DNA from: Mobula hypostoma
Lineage: Eukaryota
NCBI RefSeq assembly: GCF_963921235.1
Contig: NC_086097.1
Location: forward strand, 27,592,001 to 27,656,000
Reading direction: 5' to 3'
Length of the DNA: 64,000 nt
Part shown: one piece after another, positions 1 to 13,239 of the stretch
Layout of the letters: each line of letters begins with the position of its first letter
Position numbering within the stretch: the stretch's first letter is position 1
Notes under the pieces: generated by a model
What the model saw: the letters and a program-made list of their open reading frames with translations, nothing else
Databases searched by the model: none
What the model was told of the DNA's origin: nothing
Program-made: the position numbers and the translations under genes

Positions 1-1150
1 CACAGCTGCATGTGGCAACAGATTCCACAAATTCACCACCATTTACTAAAGAAGTTTCTCCACATCTCTGTCTTGAAAGGGCACCCCTCTATCCTGAGGC
101 TGTGCCCTCTTGTCTCACACTCCCCCCATGGGAAACATCCTTTCCACATCTACTCTGTCTAGGCCTTTCAACATTCAAAAGGCTTCAATGAGATCCCCCC
201 TCGTTCTTCTGAATTCCAGTAAGTACAGACCCAAAGCCATCAAACACTTCTCGTATGATAACCCTTTCATTCCTGGAACATCTTTTCGAAGATGAGGGGC
301 CCAAAACTGTTCACAATACTCAAGGTGAGGCCTCACCAGTGCCTTATAAAGTCTTAGCATCACACCCTTGCTCTTGTATTCTGGACCTCTTGAAAAGAAT
401 GCTAGCATGGCATTTGCCTTCCTCACCACTGACTCAACCTGCAATTTAACTTTCAGGGTGTTCTGTACAAGGACTTCCAAATCCCTCGGCATCTAAGATT
501 CCTGGATTTTCTCCCTATTTAGAAAATAGTCTGCACATTTATTTCTACTACCAAAGTGCATGACCATGCATTTTCCAAAATTGTATTTCATTTGCCACTT
601 TCTTGCCCATTCTCCTAATCCGTTTAAGTCCTTTTACTTTCCTCCAATCACCTTAAAATTATGCCCTCTTGTATATGCCCTGGTAAAAAGCTTCTAGTTG
701 TCCACTCTTTCTATGTCTCTTATCATTTTATACACTTCTATCAACCTCCTTCAGTCCAAACAGAAGAGCCCAGCGTGTTGAACCTATCCTTATAAGCCAT
801 ACTCTCTAATCCAGGCAGCATCCTGGTAATTCTCCTCTGCACACTCTCTAAATATATAGAATAGACAATAGACTATAGGTGTAGGAGTAGGCCATTCGGC
901 CCTTTGAGCCAGCACCACCATTCACTGTGATTATGGCTGATCATCCACAATCAGTACCCTGTTCCTGCCTTCTCCCCATATCCATTGACTCCGCCATCAT
1001 TAAGAGCTCTATCTAACTCCTTCTTGAAAGCATCCAGAGAATTGGCCTCCAATGACTTCTGAGGCAGAGCATAGTGCAGCATAGGAACAGGACCTTCTGT
1101 ATCCTTCCTATAAAGAGGCAACCAGAAACAAACACAATACTCCAAGTAAT
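1..1150 (-). mobile_element. Cluster of CR1 LINE 3' fragments
   Basis: ORF 175-492 KANAMLAFFSRG...[19 protein letters not shown] is the CR1 ORF2 C-terminal signature. Further CR1 3' ends lie at about 640-860 and 860-1070. Confidence 0.9.
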
Positions 1151-1347
1151 ACTTCAATTAGTTGAAAGTGCCCTGGATGTGAATTCTGTAAGCTTTTAAA
1201 CAACAATCTTTGTAAAGATCTAGTTGTGATTTTCTTTGGTTGGAAGCTATGGTACATCGGTATGGATATCAGACAAAACAAATATGATATTATTGAAAGG
1301 TGGAGGGGATTTTGAGGAGACACAAGAGACTGCAGATGCTTGGAATA

Positions 1348-1626
1348 TTTATTTTTACTGAGATACAGAGTGGAATAGGCCCTTCCAGCCCTTTGAGCTA
1401 TGCCACCCAGCGATCCCCGATTTAACCTAAACCTAACCATAGGACAATTAACAGTGACCAATTAACCTACTAAGTGGTACATCTTCAGTCTGTGAGAGAA
1501 AACCTTCGAATTCCAAGGGGAGGACGTACAGACTCCTCACAAATGACACCAGAATTGAGCTCCAAACTCCGACGCCCTGAGTTGCAACAGCATTGTGCTA
1601 ACCGCTACACTACTGTGGCACCACGC
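1348..1626 (-). mobile_element. tRNA-derived V-type SINE with CR1-like tail, nested in a PLE terminus
   Basis: The reverse strand has a tRNA-like head (gtagcggttagc...ggagctcaattc), the central gttaattggtcactgttaattgtcc block and a gaagggcctattcc tail. It splits the PLE end at 1320-1345/1630 onward. Confidence 0.75.
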
Positions 1627-1639
1627 AAAAAGTGCTGAA

Positions 1640-1835
1640 TATGGAGCAATGCACAAAGTGCTGAAGGCATCAGTGGGTCAGGCCGCATCTACGGAGGGAA
1701 ATGGACAGTCGACATTTTACAGGTGAGATCTTTCATATGGCTGATCTCTCAATCCATCTGAAGGGCCTCAACCTGAACCATCGACTGTCCATTTCCCTTC
1801 ACAGATGCTGTGGGACCCTGTGTGACACTCTAAGG
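1640..1835. mobile_element. Old inverted pair of PLE termini with degenerate hammerheads
   Basis: ggaaatggacagtcga (minus arm) and tcgactgtccatttcc (plus arm) are reverse complements. The architecture matches 58873-59082. Confidence 0.7.
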
Positions 1836-3417
1836 TTTGGGTGGTATAACGCTGGCTTTCAGTCCAGTCATGTTGCATGAAGTCTGCATTTAACAAAAAA
1901 AAATTCAGCTTCACCCTGAACTTATCTGTCACCCCTGGTTTTGATGTTGGTGTGAATTCTTCACTTTAGAAAGAAATGTCTCCCACATTTCACAGCAGTG
2001 TATAACATTTCTTAATTCATTTTAATGAAATGAAATTTGGTATGGCTGAGGAGATCGGCATCTATTGCCCTACTGCCATTCAGAAGGAGGTGGCAGTTGA
2101 AACACCTCAGTCTTTTTGGTGAAGCTGCTCCCAAAGAGTTGTTAAGAAAGGAGTTCCAGGATTTAGACTTCAGCAGTGATAAACGATCAATGATACTCAG
2201 ATTCAGATGAATTTATTTCTCAGAAGTACATTGAAACATACAGTGAAATGTGTTGCATGCGTTAACAACCAGCATAACCTAAGGATGTGCTATGGGTAGC
2301 CCATAAGTGTCGCCACACATTGTGGTGCCTACATGGTATGCACGTTATATTCAGCAGAACAACACAAGCAGCAACAACAACACCAATACTCACCAACCCA
2401 CCCATGCCCACACACTGTGACAAAAAACACTCAGTAAATATACTCCTTACATGTACATTCACACACACAAACAAACATTGCCTTGTCATTCTGCTTTTGT
2501 TGCACTGAGTATACGCACTTCAGTGTCTTCCCTGATATAGTCTTAATGGGTCCTAAACCGAGCTGATTCACCATCAACGCTGCCCTCAACCGCATCTCTT
2601 CCATTAATTTATTCTCTGATGCACTCGGGTTGGCTTTACGGTGCCTTTCTGCCATACACGACAGTATATTCCATTTCTTTAGTGATGAGTATATGTTGTT
2701 TATATACTGTACTGTGTTTAAGGCAGATACTTCTGTTTATTTTGCAATACGATTGTAACTACATTGTGGGGTGCATCATATTCTAACTTGTGTACTATTA
2801 AGTTAACTTTGTGGATATTTAAAGATGGTAGGTCCTGGTGCCTAATAAACAGGGCTCTCCGCCCTCTGTAGGGGAGAGAGATAGGGGCTGCAACGATTGC
2901 AACTTCACACTGGACCAGAATAAATACAGTGCTATTATTATATTTTCTGTTAGACATCTTTTTGTAAATATTGGCAGTTTTCCTTCAGCTATTTTTGCTC
3001 ATTTTTGTAAGTTTGACTTTTGGCGCACCTAATAAATACCCCTCCACTAAAGTGCTAAGTGACTCCAGCCATTTTTTCCTTTGGTCATAACCCACATTTT
3101 AGCATACAGGCAGCCCTTCAACTCTGGGGCTATGACCTCCTGTCCAAGTTCTGTGCTACAGTTTGGAGGGGAGCCTGCAGCTGGTAGAGTGAACTGAGCT
3201 TGTCCTTCTTGGTGGTGGAGGGTGAGATTGCGAGGTGCTGTCTGAGTAACTTGCCATGAGGGATTAGATTGCATTTTACAGGTGGCACTACTGCAGCCAT
3301 GGGTGTGTCTGTGTCAGAAGGAATGAATGTTCAGGATTATTGATGGGGAGCCAATCAATCAGGTTGCTTTAGCCAGGAAGGTGTTGATAGATGTTGGAGC
3401 TTCACTCATCCAAGCAA

Positions 3418-3834
3418 GTAGAGTTTATGGAAAGGTTGAATGAGCTACAGCTTTTCTCTCTGGAGCAGAGGAGGATGACAGGTGACTTGATAGACGCATA
3501 TCAGGTGATAAGAAGCCAGCATCTTTTTCCCAGGGTGGAAATGGCTAATACAAGGGGGCATAATTTTAAGGTGATTGTTGAAAAGTATGGGGGGCGGTGT
3601 TTGTCAGAGGTAGGATTTTTACACAGAGAGTGGTAAGTGTATGAAACTCACTGCCAGGTGTGGTGGTAAAGGCAGATTCATTAGGGGGATTTAAGAGACT
3701 CTTAGATAGGCACATGGATGAAAGATAAACAGAGGGTGCTGTGTGAGGAAAAGGTTAGAGTGATCTTGGAGTAGGTTCAACATCATGGGCCAATAGGCCT
3801 GTACTGTGCTGTACTGTTCTGTTCTAGCTTCACC
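3418..3834 (+). mobile_element. CR1 3' fragment flanked by a 27-bp direct duplication
   Basis: ERLNELQLFSLEQRRMTGDLI motif. atgttggagcttc(a/g)ctcatccaagcaa occurs at 3391-3417 and 3835-3861. Confidence 0.8.
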
Positions 3835-3869
3835 ATGTTGGAGCTTCGCTCATCCAAGCAATCATGCAT

Positions 3870-4690
3870 TATCTATCATGGAAAAGTTGAGTGACCTGGG
3901 AATTTTCTTTTTCGAACAAGGAAGATGAGAGATGACTTGACAGAAGTGTTTAAGATAAACAGAAGCACACATAAAGTGGACAAGCATCTTTTTCCCAGGG
4001 CAGAAATGGCTAATATGGGGGGGGGGGGGCATAATTTTAAAGTGATTGCAGGAAAGTATGGAGGGATGTCATAGAGAATGATTGGTGCATGGAACACGCT
4101 ACCAGAGGCCGTGGTAGAGGCAGACACGTTAGGGGCATTTAAGAGACTCTTAGGCACATGGATGTAATTGGGAAGGAAGTACAAAAGCCTTCGGACTCAC
4201 ACTACCAGGTTCAGAAACGGTTACCCTACAACTATCAAGATCCTGAACCAACCTGGATAACTTCACTCACCTGAACACTGAACTGATCCCACCATCTACA
4301 GACTCACTTTCAAGGACTCTTTACAACCCACATTCCCCAGATTATTTTCTTTGCACAATCTGTCCTTGCACATTGGCTGTTTGTCAGTCTTTGTTTATGT
4401 ATAGAATTTTGTAAATTCTTTTGTATTTTTTATTTTCCTGTAAATGCCTGCAAGAAAAAGAATATTAAGGTAGTATATGGTAACATAAAGCTACTTTGAT
4501 AATAAATTTTACTTTGACCTTGAAGGGTGGTGGTGGTGGAAGCAGATCTGATAGAGGCACCTAAAAGGCTTTTAGACAGGTACAAGATTATGCAGGTAAT
4601 AGAGGGACTTGGATCAGGCAAAAGATAATTAATTTAATTTGGCATTGTGGGCCGAAGTATCTGTTCCTGTACTGATCTGTTCTATATTTT
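3870..4690 (+). mobile_element. CR1 3' fragments with an intervening Rex1/Babar 3' end (about 4170-4520)
   Basis: CR1 tail motifs. The ggaaggaagtacaaaagccttcggactcacactaccaggttcagaaac block followed by ctttgataataaattt also recurs at about 45360-45715; the tail alone recurs at 43030-43385. Confidence 0.7.
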
Positions 4691-5214
4691 ATATCAGAAT
4701 CAGGCTTAATATCACAGGCATATGTCATGAAATGTGTTGTTTTTAATGATGGGCCATTAATGATGGATGCTGGGAAGGCTATTGCCCATGATGGATCTGA
4801 CTGAGTTCACAACTTTCTGCAGCTTCTTTCGATCCTGTGCAGTTGCCTCTGTCCCCACCCCCCATACCAGATGGTGATGCAGCCACCGTCTGGACTGCGT
4901 TCATAATCTTTAAACTGGTCACCCCTCAGTTATCTCTTTCTTGGAGAAATATGTCTTCATTTCTGAAGGTGGTTCAGGGTTTTGACCTGAAACATCAACA
5001 GTTCCTATTCCTTCCACACATGCTGCTCGACCCATTGAGTGTTCCTCCAGCAGACCATTTTTCCATTTCTTCTCAAATTTGGTATTTAAGTAACTTAAAT
5101 AATAGTATCAATTGAGGAGATAAGTTCAAAGGAGGTACGTGGGACAATTTAAAAAAAAAAAATTTACACATAGAGTAAACTGGAATGTGCTGCCAGAGGT
5201 GCTGGTGGGGTTCT

Positions 5215-6075
5215 GGTCAAGTCTGTGCTGAGCTGCTGTCTCCATTGAATTCATGGCTCTGTCTTAGTTGTTTTTAGGTTCATAAGGGAGGGTTTTGAGA
5301 ACAGAGTGGAGAGTTAGGGGTCAGGTTATGGTTTAGGGACAGGGATGTTGGGGAGTTAGAGATCAGGCCAGGATTCAGATTGGAGTGCTCTAATGGTCAA
5401 AATTCCCATGGATGGACGTTGTGTCATCAAGTGCTATATGAAGACCAGCAGGAATGAGGGCTGGTGTCACCCCCAAGATGGCAAATCCCTCATCTTGGTG
5501 GGTTCCACGATCCGAGGTCAGTGCAGACAGGAAGTTGAAGGCTGGTGATCTCCTAGATCAGTAAGTCGATCCAGGAGGCCTGGAGTTCGTGGTCCTGTCA
5601 TTGTCAAGTCCTGGGATTGATAACAAGATCGAAGCCCAAAGGTTGAAGACCAAAGTCAGTAATTCCAGAGGTCAAGACCTGATAGCCAAAGCTGTGAGTC
5701 TGCAAGTTCACTGAGGAAGTCTGCAAGTCCACTAGGAAATTTGGAAGCCTAATGTCTGCGAGTCCACTGGAAGCTGAAGGCTGTGCCTGTCCTGGGTTGG
5801 AAGCCTGCCTGTGTGTGTGAGTGAGTGGGCGGGAGACAGGAAGGAAAGGGGGCTTTATTTTGCTGTTGTTGTTTTATAGCTAATATTGTGTTGTTACTGT
5901 TGTTGCTTTGTGTTGGAACAGTGTGGGTTTGCCATGTTGGTGCCGGAATGTGTGGTGACACTTGTGAGCTGCCCCTAGTATATCCTTAGGTTGTGTTGGT
6001 TGCTAACACAATGGCATATTTCACTGTATGTTTCGATGTACATGTGATAAATAAAATGAATCTGAAATCTGAAAT
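5215..6075 (+). mobile_element. Unclassified non-coding repeat with internal gtctgcaagtccact subrepeats and Rex1-like tail
   Basis: Three or more copies of gtctgc(a/g)agt(t/c)cact at about 5698-5770. The tail catatttcactgtatgtttcgatgtacatgtgataaataaa is shared with several SINEs. It sits inside a CR1 3' fragment. Confidence 0.5.
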
Positions 6076-8394
6076 ACAAAGGGGACATTCAAGAGGCTCT
6101 TTGACAGGCACATGAATATGCAGGAAAGGAAGGATATGGATACTGTATGTAGAAGAGATTAGTTTATTTTTGCATTTAATTATGAGTTTAATTAGTTCTG
6201 TACAACAATGTGGGCCAAAGGGCCTGTTCCTTTGCTGTACTGTTCTATGTTCTATTACTGATTTAGTTTAAATTATTAACTTTGGCCCACTTTTTTAAAA
6301 ACAGCAAATTGATTTGATTTTCTACTAAAACAGCACTCTTAATGCACTCAGGCAATGGCAGTGTTATCCCCATATATTAATGCTGGAGTTAGTGATCTGA
6401 GAAGATATGTGCTGGAGTTAGAATCTGTAACACTTCTGGGTTTTTCAGCACTGCTTCACTAGTCCCACAGAAGTGTGATGGCTGTAGACAGTATTTGTAT
6501 AGTTTAGACTATCACCATTATACTGATCAGTCTCACACTACAGCCGCACAGTACAAACTTCCCTATTTTGATGGTTGGCTTAAGCATATATTGAAATCAT
6601 GAATCACTTTTCACTTCTCAGTTTGATCATAATATTGACATTCTTCTGAATAAATAATATACTCTATTAACTCCATGGAGAAATAGGAAGTTACAACAAT
6701 GTAAATGTTTGTACAGGATGAATCCTGAAGCTTACAGATTTAAGTTAGTTTGAAGTTCATATTACTAGTTTAACAGAAAAGAGAAACTGTTCTGACTGGT
6801 AAGTAACATAAGCACCATAACAACTAATCATCCACAGTTCCTCTGGTGTTGCTACAAGGATGATATAAATTGGTTAGGCAGGAATGTGGCTCTATTAATG
6901 GGACACAATTGCATTGCTTTCAGTCGGGATTGTCTAATGATATAACCCAATAAATACTTCATAGCCCATGCAGTTACCTAAGGTGACAGTAAATACCTTC
7001 TTAGTTCTACTTACAAAGCAGGGACCTCACCACTAGAAGTGAGAGAGTTTGTACATAAAGTGGCTTCCCCAGGCACTTGCTTTCCATGCCATCATCTCCT
7101 TGGATTTCCACCAATTTCTCACCATAGAGAGTCATCACAGATCCACAATTCCTTGAAAGTGGTGTCACAGACAGAAAGCATCATAAAGAGAGCTTTTTGG
7201 AACATTGGCCTTCATAAAGTCATGATGGAGTACGGGAGATGGGATGTTATATTGAAGACACTGATGAGGTCCTTGATGAAAGCAGCTACTCTCTTGTGGC
7301 AGTGCTCCATGCAAATGTGTCAAAGGTGGAATGGGTTTTGCCTGTGATGGCTCCTGGCAGCACACTCCAGGCCCCCACCACTGTCAGTGTAAAGATTTTC
7401 AAAGTTCAAAGTAAATTTAAAGTACGTATATTGTGTGTCGCCATACAATACCCTGAGATTAATTTACTTACAAGCATTCACAGTAGAACAAAGAAATACA
7501 ATAGAAACAATGAAAATCTACACACAAATGACAAATAACCAATATGCAAAAAAAGGCAAACTGCGCTAATACAAAAAAATTAAATACATAGATTAAATTA
7601 ATAAATTAAATAAATACTGATCAGTATAATGACGATAGTGTAAACTATACGAATACTATATACACCTATCACACCTCTGTGGGATTAACGAAGCAGTTAC
7701 AAAAGAGTTACTAATGAATCCAGGAGGCGTTTCTTTATCCAGCGAGTATGTGAACCATCCTGCTACAGGAAGTAGCTGAAGTAGACAGCATATAGATGAA
7801 CTGAAGAGGAATAGTCAAAGGAGGAGGGAACTCAATGAAATGAAGCCGTAAGGCCATAAGACATAGGAACAGAATCGGGCCATTCAGCCAACTGAATCTG
7901 CTCTGCCCTTGCATCATGGCTGATTATGTTATACCTTCACCCCATGACATTTGGCGCCCTTACTAATCAAGAAATTTTCAACCTCCACTCTAAATATATA
8001 CAACGACTTGGCCTCTACAATTGACTGTGGCAATGAATTCACAGGATCAGCACCCTCTGACTAATGAAATTTATCCTCATCTCTGTTTTCAAGGTATATT
8101 CTTAAAATGTGCTGGCATTGAAGAAGGTTCAGAAGTTTATGAGAATGATCCTAGGAATAAAAGGGATGTATGATGAATGTGTGTGGACATGTGTACAGCA
8201 TAATCAACATAGAAATAATTATAATTAAATAATAATTTTTACTTGAAAATATTTTCTTTGACAGAATTGATTCAAAATCCTTGCTCCTACACCCAGTATT
8301 TCAAGTAACAGATTAATTGCTATGTTAGAGTTATGGGACAATTCGACAATGGGGAGCTATTTGACTGCTACAATACCACAAGAATGCAGGATAG

Positions 8395-11000
8395 TGGCTA
8401 TATTTCATTAGTAGTTTGAGAAGCTTTGGTATATCTTCAGAAACACTCGTAAATTTCTACAGATGTACTGTGTAAATCATTCTAACTGTCTACAGGTACA
8501 TCACCGTCTGGTATGGGGGGGTGGGGAGGAACTACTGCACAGGATCGCAGTAAGCTGCAGAGAGTTGTAAACTTAGTCAGCTCCATTATGAGCTCTAGTC
8601 TCTGTGGTATCCAGGACATCAAGGAGGGATGCCTCAAAAAGGTGATGTCCATCATTAAGGACCCTTGTCACCCATGTCACGCCCTGTTCTCATTGCTACC
8701 ATCAGGTAGGAGATACAGAAGCATGCAGGCACACATTCAATGATTCAGGAACAACTTCTTCCCCCACCACCAGGTCTTAGGTCCTCAGAACATCCAACTT
8801 TCTTTCACCTCACCATCCCTGAACACTCCAAACCTCCTTTCTCCTCAGACACTTCCAACCACCTTCCCCCTCCGATCCCAGCTCTCATCTATGCCAGGTC
8901 TTCACCATTCCTTCTGACCCCCTCTCTGAGGCAGAACGTCCTGTCCTCAGTAAGGGCCTCACCTTTGTCACTCTGCACCCACACCTCAATGAGTTCTGTA
9001 CCCACCATGGCATTGAGATCTTCTCTGGCCACCTCCAACTCAGAGCCTACTTCTTTGGCAAAGACTCTCCACCCCGCACTGATGACCCCGTCTCCTCTTC
9101 CTGGATACCATGCCCTGGTCTTCTGCCTGCTCTGGGCCTTTTCATTGCCAGCTTCCAATTGGATTTTTTCAATGATTTCAAGTTCCCTGGCTCTCATCAT
9201 CTTACTTTCACTACGGATGTCCAGTCCCTATACAGATCCATCCCGCACCAGAAAGACCTCAAAGCTCTCCATTTCTTTCTGGATACCAGACCCAACCAGT
9301 TCCCCTCCACCACCACTCTCCTCTGTCTAGTGAAAGTTGTCCTCAGTCTTAATCATTTCTTCTCTGGTTCTTCCCACTTCCTTCAAACAAAAGGAGTAGC
9401 CATGGGCATTCACATGGGTCCCACCTATGCCCGTCTTTTTGTCAGCTACATGGAACAGTCTATGTTCCAAGCCTACACGTGTCCACCCCCCAATTTTCCT
9501 ACACTACATCAACAACTGCATTGGTGCTGCTTTCTGCACCCACGCAGAGCTTGGCGACTTCATCAACTCTGCCTCCAACTTCCACCCTGCCCTCAAATTT
9601 ACCTGGTCTATTTCTGACACCTCCCTCTCCTTTCTCAATCTTTCTGTCTCTATCTCCGGAGTCAGCTTAACTACTGATGTCTATTATAAATCCACAGACT
9701 CTCACAGCTACCTGGACTATACCTCCTCCCACCATGTTACTTGTAAAAACGCTATCCCCTTCTCTCAATTCCTCCGTTTCTGCCACATCTGCTCAGGATG
9801 AGGCCTTTCATTCTTAAATGAAAGAAATGTCCTCCTTTTTCAAAAAAAAACCGCTTCCCTTCCTTTGCCATCAACGTTGCCCTCAACTGCATCTCTTCCA
9901 TTTCACGCACATCTGCTCTTACCCCATCCTCCCACCACCCTATCAGGAATAGGATTCCTCTTGTCCTCACCTACCACCCCACTAGTCTCCACACCCAGCA
10001 CATAATTCTCTGGAACTTCTGCCATCTCCACCGGGATCCCACCACTAAGCACATCTTTCCCTAGCCCCCACTTTCTGCTTTCCACAGGATCGCTCCCTAT
10101 GTGACTCTCTTGTCCATCCATCCCTCCCCACTAATCTCCCTCTTGGCATTTATCCTTCCTCTGCCCCTATACCTCCTCCCTCATTACCATTCAGGGCCTC
10201 AAACAGTCCTTCCAGACTCACTTCACCTACAAGTCTGTCGGGGTCATTCTACTGTTTTCAGTGCTCCCGGTGTAGCCTCCTGTTTATTAGCAAAACCCGA
10301 CATAGATTGGGTGACCACTACGCCGAGCACCCATTCTCCATCTGCCAGAAAAAGCGCGCTCTCCAGAGGCTACCCATTTTAATTCCACTTCCCATTCCCA
10401 TGTGCTAACCACGATCTCCTCTACTGTTGTGATGACACCTCCCCCAGGTTGGAGAACACCTGTGTAGCCTCCAACCTGATGGCATGGACATCAACTTCTC
10501 GAATTTCCAGTTATGCTCCCCCCACTTCACCATTCACCATCTCCTTTTCCTTCTCACCTTATCTCCATGCCTGCCCATCGCCTCTCTCTGGTGCTCCTCC
10601 CCCTGGTTTCACCTATCACCTTGTGCTTCTCTCTCCCCTCCTGCCACCTTGTAAATCTACTCATCTTTTTTTCTCTAGTCCTGCCAAAGGGCCTTGGTTC
10701 CAAATGTCGACTGTATTTTTTTCCATAGATGCTGCCTGGCTTGCTGAATTCCTCCAGCATTTTGTGTGTGTTGCTTCAATTTCCAGCATCTGTAGATTTT
10801 CTCTTGTTTGTGACAGCTTCTTCCCCTCCGCCATCTGATTTCTGAATGGACATTGAACCCATGAACACTACCTCACTACATATATATCTTGTTGTAATTC
10901 ACAGTTTTTTCTCTCTAGTATTATGCATTACATTGTGCTACTACCACAAAGTCAACAAATTTCATGAAATATGCCAGCGATATTAACCTGATTCTGATAT
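8395..11000 (+). mobile_element. Rex1/Babar LINE 3' fragment (8395-8764 and 10813-11000) split by a PLE
   Basis: KLQRVVNLVSSI...IIKDPCHPCHALFSLLPSGRRYRS is the Rex1/Babar ORF2 C-terminus. The sequence resumes after the PLE. Confidence 0.8.
8765..10812 (+). mobile_element. Penelope-like retroelement (RT plus GIY-YIG, frameshifted) with 3' hammerhead-bearing terminus
   Basis: DVQSLYRSIPH, FLQTKGVAMGIHMGP, FHPALKFTW, YYKSTDSHSYLDYTSSH and IPFSQFLR are PLE RT/thumb motifs. A GIY-YIG remnant lies at about 10220-10510 and a degenerate hammerhead at about 10677-10713. TSD aca(a/g)cttcttcccc at 8751-8764 and 10813-10826. Confidence 0.9.
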
Positions 11001-11355
11001 ATTACCCTGCCAATGCTACTTGATAAACATTCATTCTCTGAGATGCATCTGCAGCTTGTTAGCAAGGCAACTAATGTTAGTATTGACTGAAAGACATTAA
11101 TTTGAGCTTGCCGATGTATATTCAGTGTGATCTTATTTCCGTGAAAGGCAATGAGAGTATTTACCCACAAGCTGCATGAATCTGCAGCTACTTATTGCTT
11201 CAACTGTTGACTTTAGTGATTTAATTTCAAAGTATTGATGCAATTTTGGAATGCGCAGGAACATTCCCAGTTTCCTAATCAGATAAATAGTTATGTAGAA
11301 TAACACCAACTTAGGTAGCATCCCAAAGATCAAGGGTTCAAACCCTTCCGTGACT

Positions 11356-11908
11356 TACACTCAGTGGCCACTTTATTAGATACCTCCTGCCTCTTATAAA
11401 GTGGTCACTGAGTGTATGTTTGTGGTCTTCTGTTGCTGTAGCCCAGCCACTTCAAGGTTCGACATGCTGTGCATTCAGAGATACTCTTCTGTACACCACT
11501 GTTGTAATGTGTGGTTGTCTGAGTTACAGTTGCCTTCCTGTCAGCTTGAAATAGTTTGGCCCTTATCCTCTGACCTTATTAACAAGGCATTTTCCCTCAC
11601 AGAACTGCCACTAACTGGATGACTTTTTGGTTTTCACACCATTCTCTGAAAACTCTAGAGTTGGGTGTGCATGAAAATCCCAGGAGATCAGCAGGTGTTG
11701 AGATACCCACCTCGTCTGACACCAACAATCGTCCCATGGTGGTCAAAGTCAATGAGATCACATTTCTTCCCCATTGTAATGTTTGGTCTGACAACTGAAC
11801 CTTTTTACCATGTCTGTATGCTTCTATGTTGCTTTCGCATGACTGGCCAATTAGATATTTGCATTAATAATCAGGTCAAATATAACTAACAAAGTTATCA
11901 TTGAATAA
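11356..11908 (-). mobile_element. Tc1/mariner-derived non-autonomous element with a doubled (palindromic) terminus
   Basis: TA-cactcagtggccactttat...ataaagtggtcactgagtg-TA at 11356-11416. The minus ORF fragment ADLLGFSCTPNSRVFREW matches the Tc1 transposase N-terminal HTH. The right TIR is degenerate at about 11885-11908. Confidence 0.8.
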
Positions 11909-12134
11909 AGATACACTGGCAAGTCAACCTTTATTCAATGCCAGGAACTATGGAATGTGGAATGGTCTGGCACAACTAATATTTATTGCTCATACCTAAT
12001 CATTTTTGAACTGAATTTTTGCTGGTTCATTTCACATGGTATCACATTACTGTGGGGTATGGAGTCACATGTAGATGAAAATGACCAAAACAGCAGACTT
12101 CCTTTCTTGAAAGACATTAGTAAACCACCAAGAA

Positions 12135-12420
12135 CTGCACAGTAGTTGGTAATGCTTTACAACACCAGCTGTAGGAGTGGGGTTCAATTTCTGTCACTGT
12201 TTTTAAGGAGTTTGTATGTTCTCCTTGTGACCATGTGGGTTTCCTCCAGGTGCTCCGGTTTCCTCCCACATTTGGGTTAGGGTTAGCTGGAAGCATGGTG
12301 ACACTTGCAGGCTGCCCCCAGCACATCTTAAGACTGTTGGTCAATGACGCAAATAATGCAGTTCACTGTTTGCTTTGATATTCGAACGTACATGTGACAA
12401 ATAAAGCTAATATTTAGATC
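12135..12420 (+). mobile_element. tRNA-derived V-type SINE with Rex1-like tail
   Basis: B-box-like ggggttcaattt, then the gtgggtttcctccaggtgctccggtttcctcccaca central domain, then the tail gtacatgtgacaaataaagctaat. Related copies are at 31130-31465(+), 52915-53210(-) and 55670-56015(+). Confidence 0.8.
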
Positions 12421-13239
12421 TATCTTTATAAGACTTTTTTATTCAATGATGCCTGGTCACTTTTACTGATACAGCCTACTATTCTAGGTTTATTCAATTT
12501 ATTTTCGTTGGGTTCAGACCCATCATGCAGCTTGGTTGGTGGATTATCTGTCAAGATCTCTCTAAAAGAAACAGAATGCTACCACATATCAGAAACTTTT
12601 AAGCTACCATTTCTACAATTAATTTAAAGGTATTTATTTGTTTTCAGTCAAATTAGTATGCTGATAGAATATAGAGGCCTTTTGGCCCTCAATGTTGTGC
12701 TGACCTTTTCTCCTACTCTAGCTCAATCTAACCCTTCTTTCCTACATAGCCCTCTTCTTTTCCATCATCCATGTGCCTATCTTTTAAATGTCTCTAATGT
12801 ATTTGCCTTTACCAACACCTATGGCAGCACATTCCACGCACCCACCACTCTCTGTAAAAAAAATATCTTTGACATTCCCCTCCAAATTTTCCTCCCAACA
12901 AAGGAATGCCAGGGATGGGGGGTGGTGCAGGTGCAGGCACACCCAGCCCTGAACAACCAGATAAGGTGATATAATTCCAAACAATTGGTTTATTGATTAT
13001 TACAGAATGTCTCTCTGGTGCTTGCTGATCCCTCCCCTCTCCCTTCCCCTTTTCTCAACCATAATTCTCCTCTCCCTGCCCCCTTCCCACTCTCAATCCA
13101 CAATAGAGACACATATCAGAATCAGGTTTATAATCACTCACGTATGTCATGAAACTTTTTTTTTGCAGCAGTACAGTGCAATACATAAAATTACTACATA
13201 ACTGTGCTATGTATGCGCCTAAGACTTTTGTACGGTACT

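Noticed and set aside
2431..2655. 74-aa minus ORF MAERHRKANPSAS...
   Set aside because: It has no recognisable motif, no convincing splice sites and runs into a repeat. It cannot be supported as coding.
5698..5770. CRISPR-like spaced repeats (also 26795-26925)
   Set aside because: There are only 2-3 irregular subrepeats inside eukaryotic mobile elements, with no constant spacer length and no cas genes.
8740..9330. 196-aa Pro/Ser-rich ORF
   Set aside because: It is an off-frame reading of the pyrimidine-rich PLE sequence.
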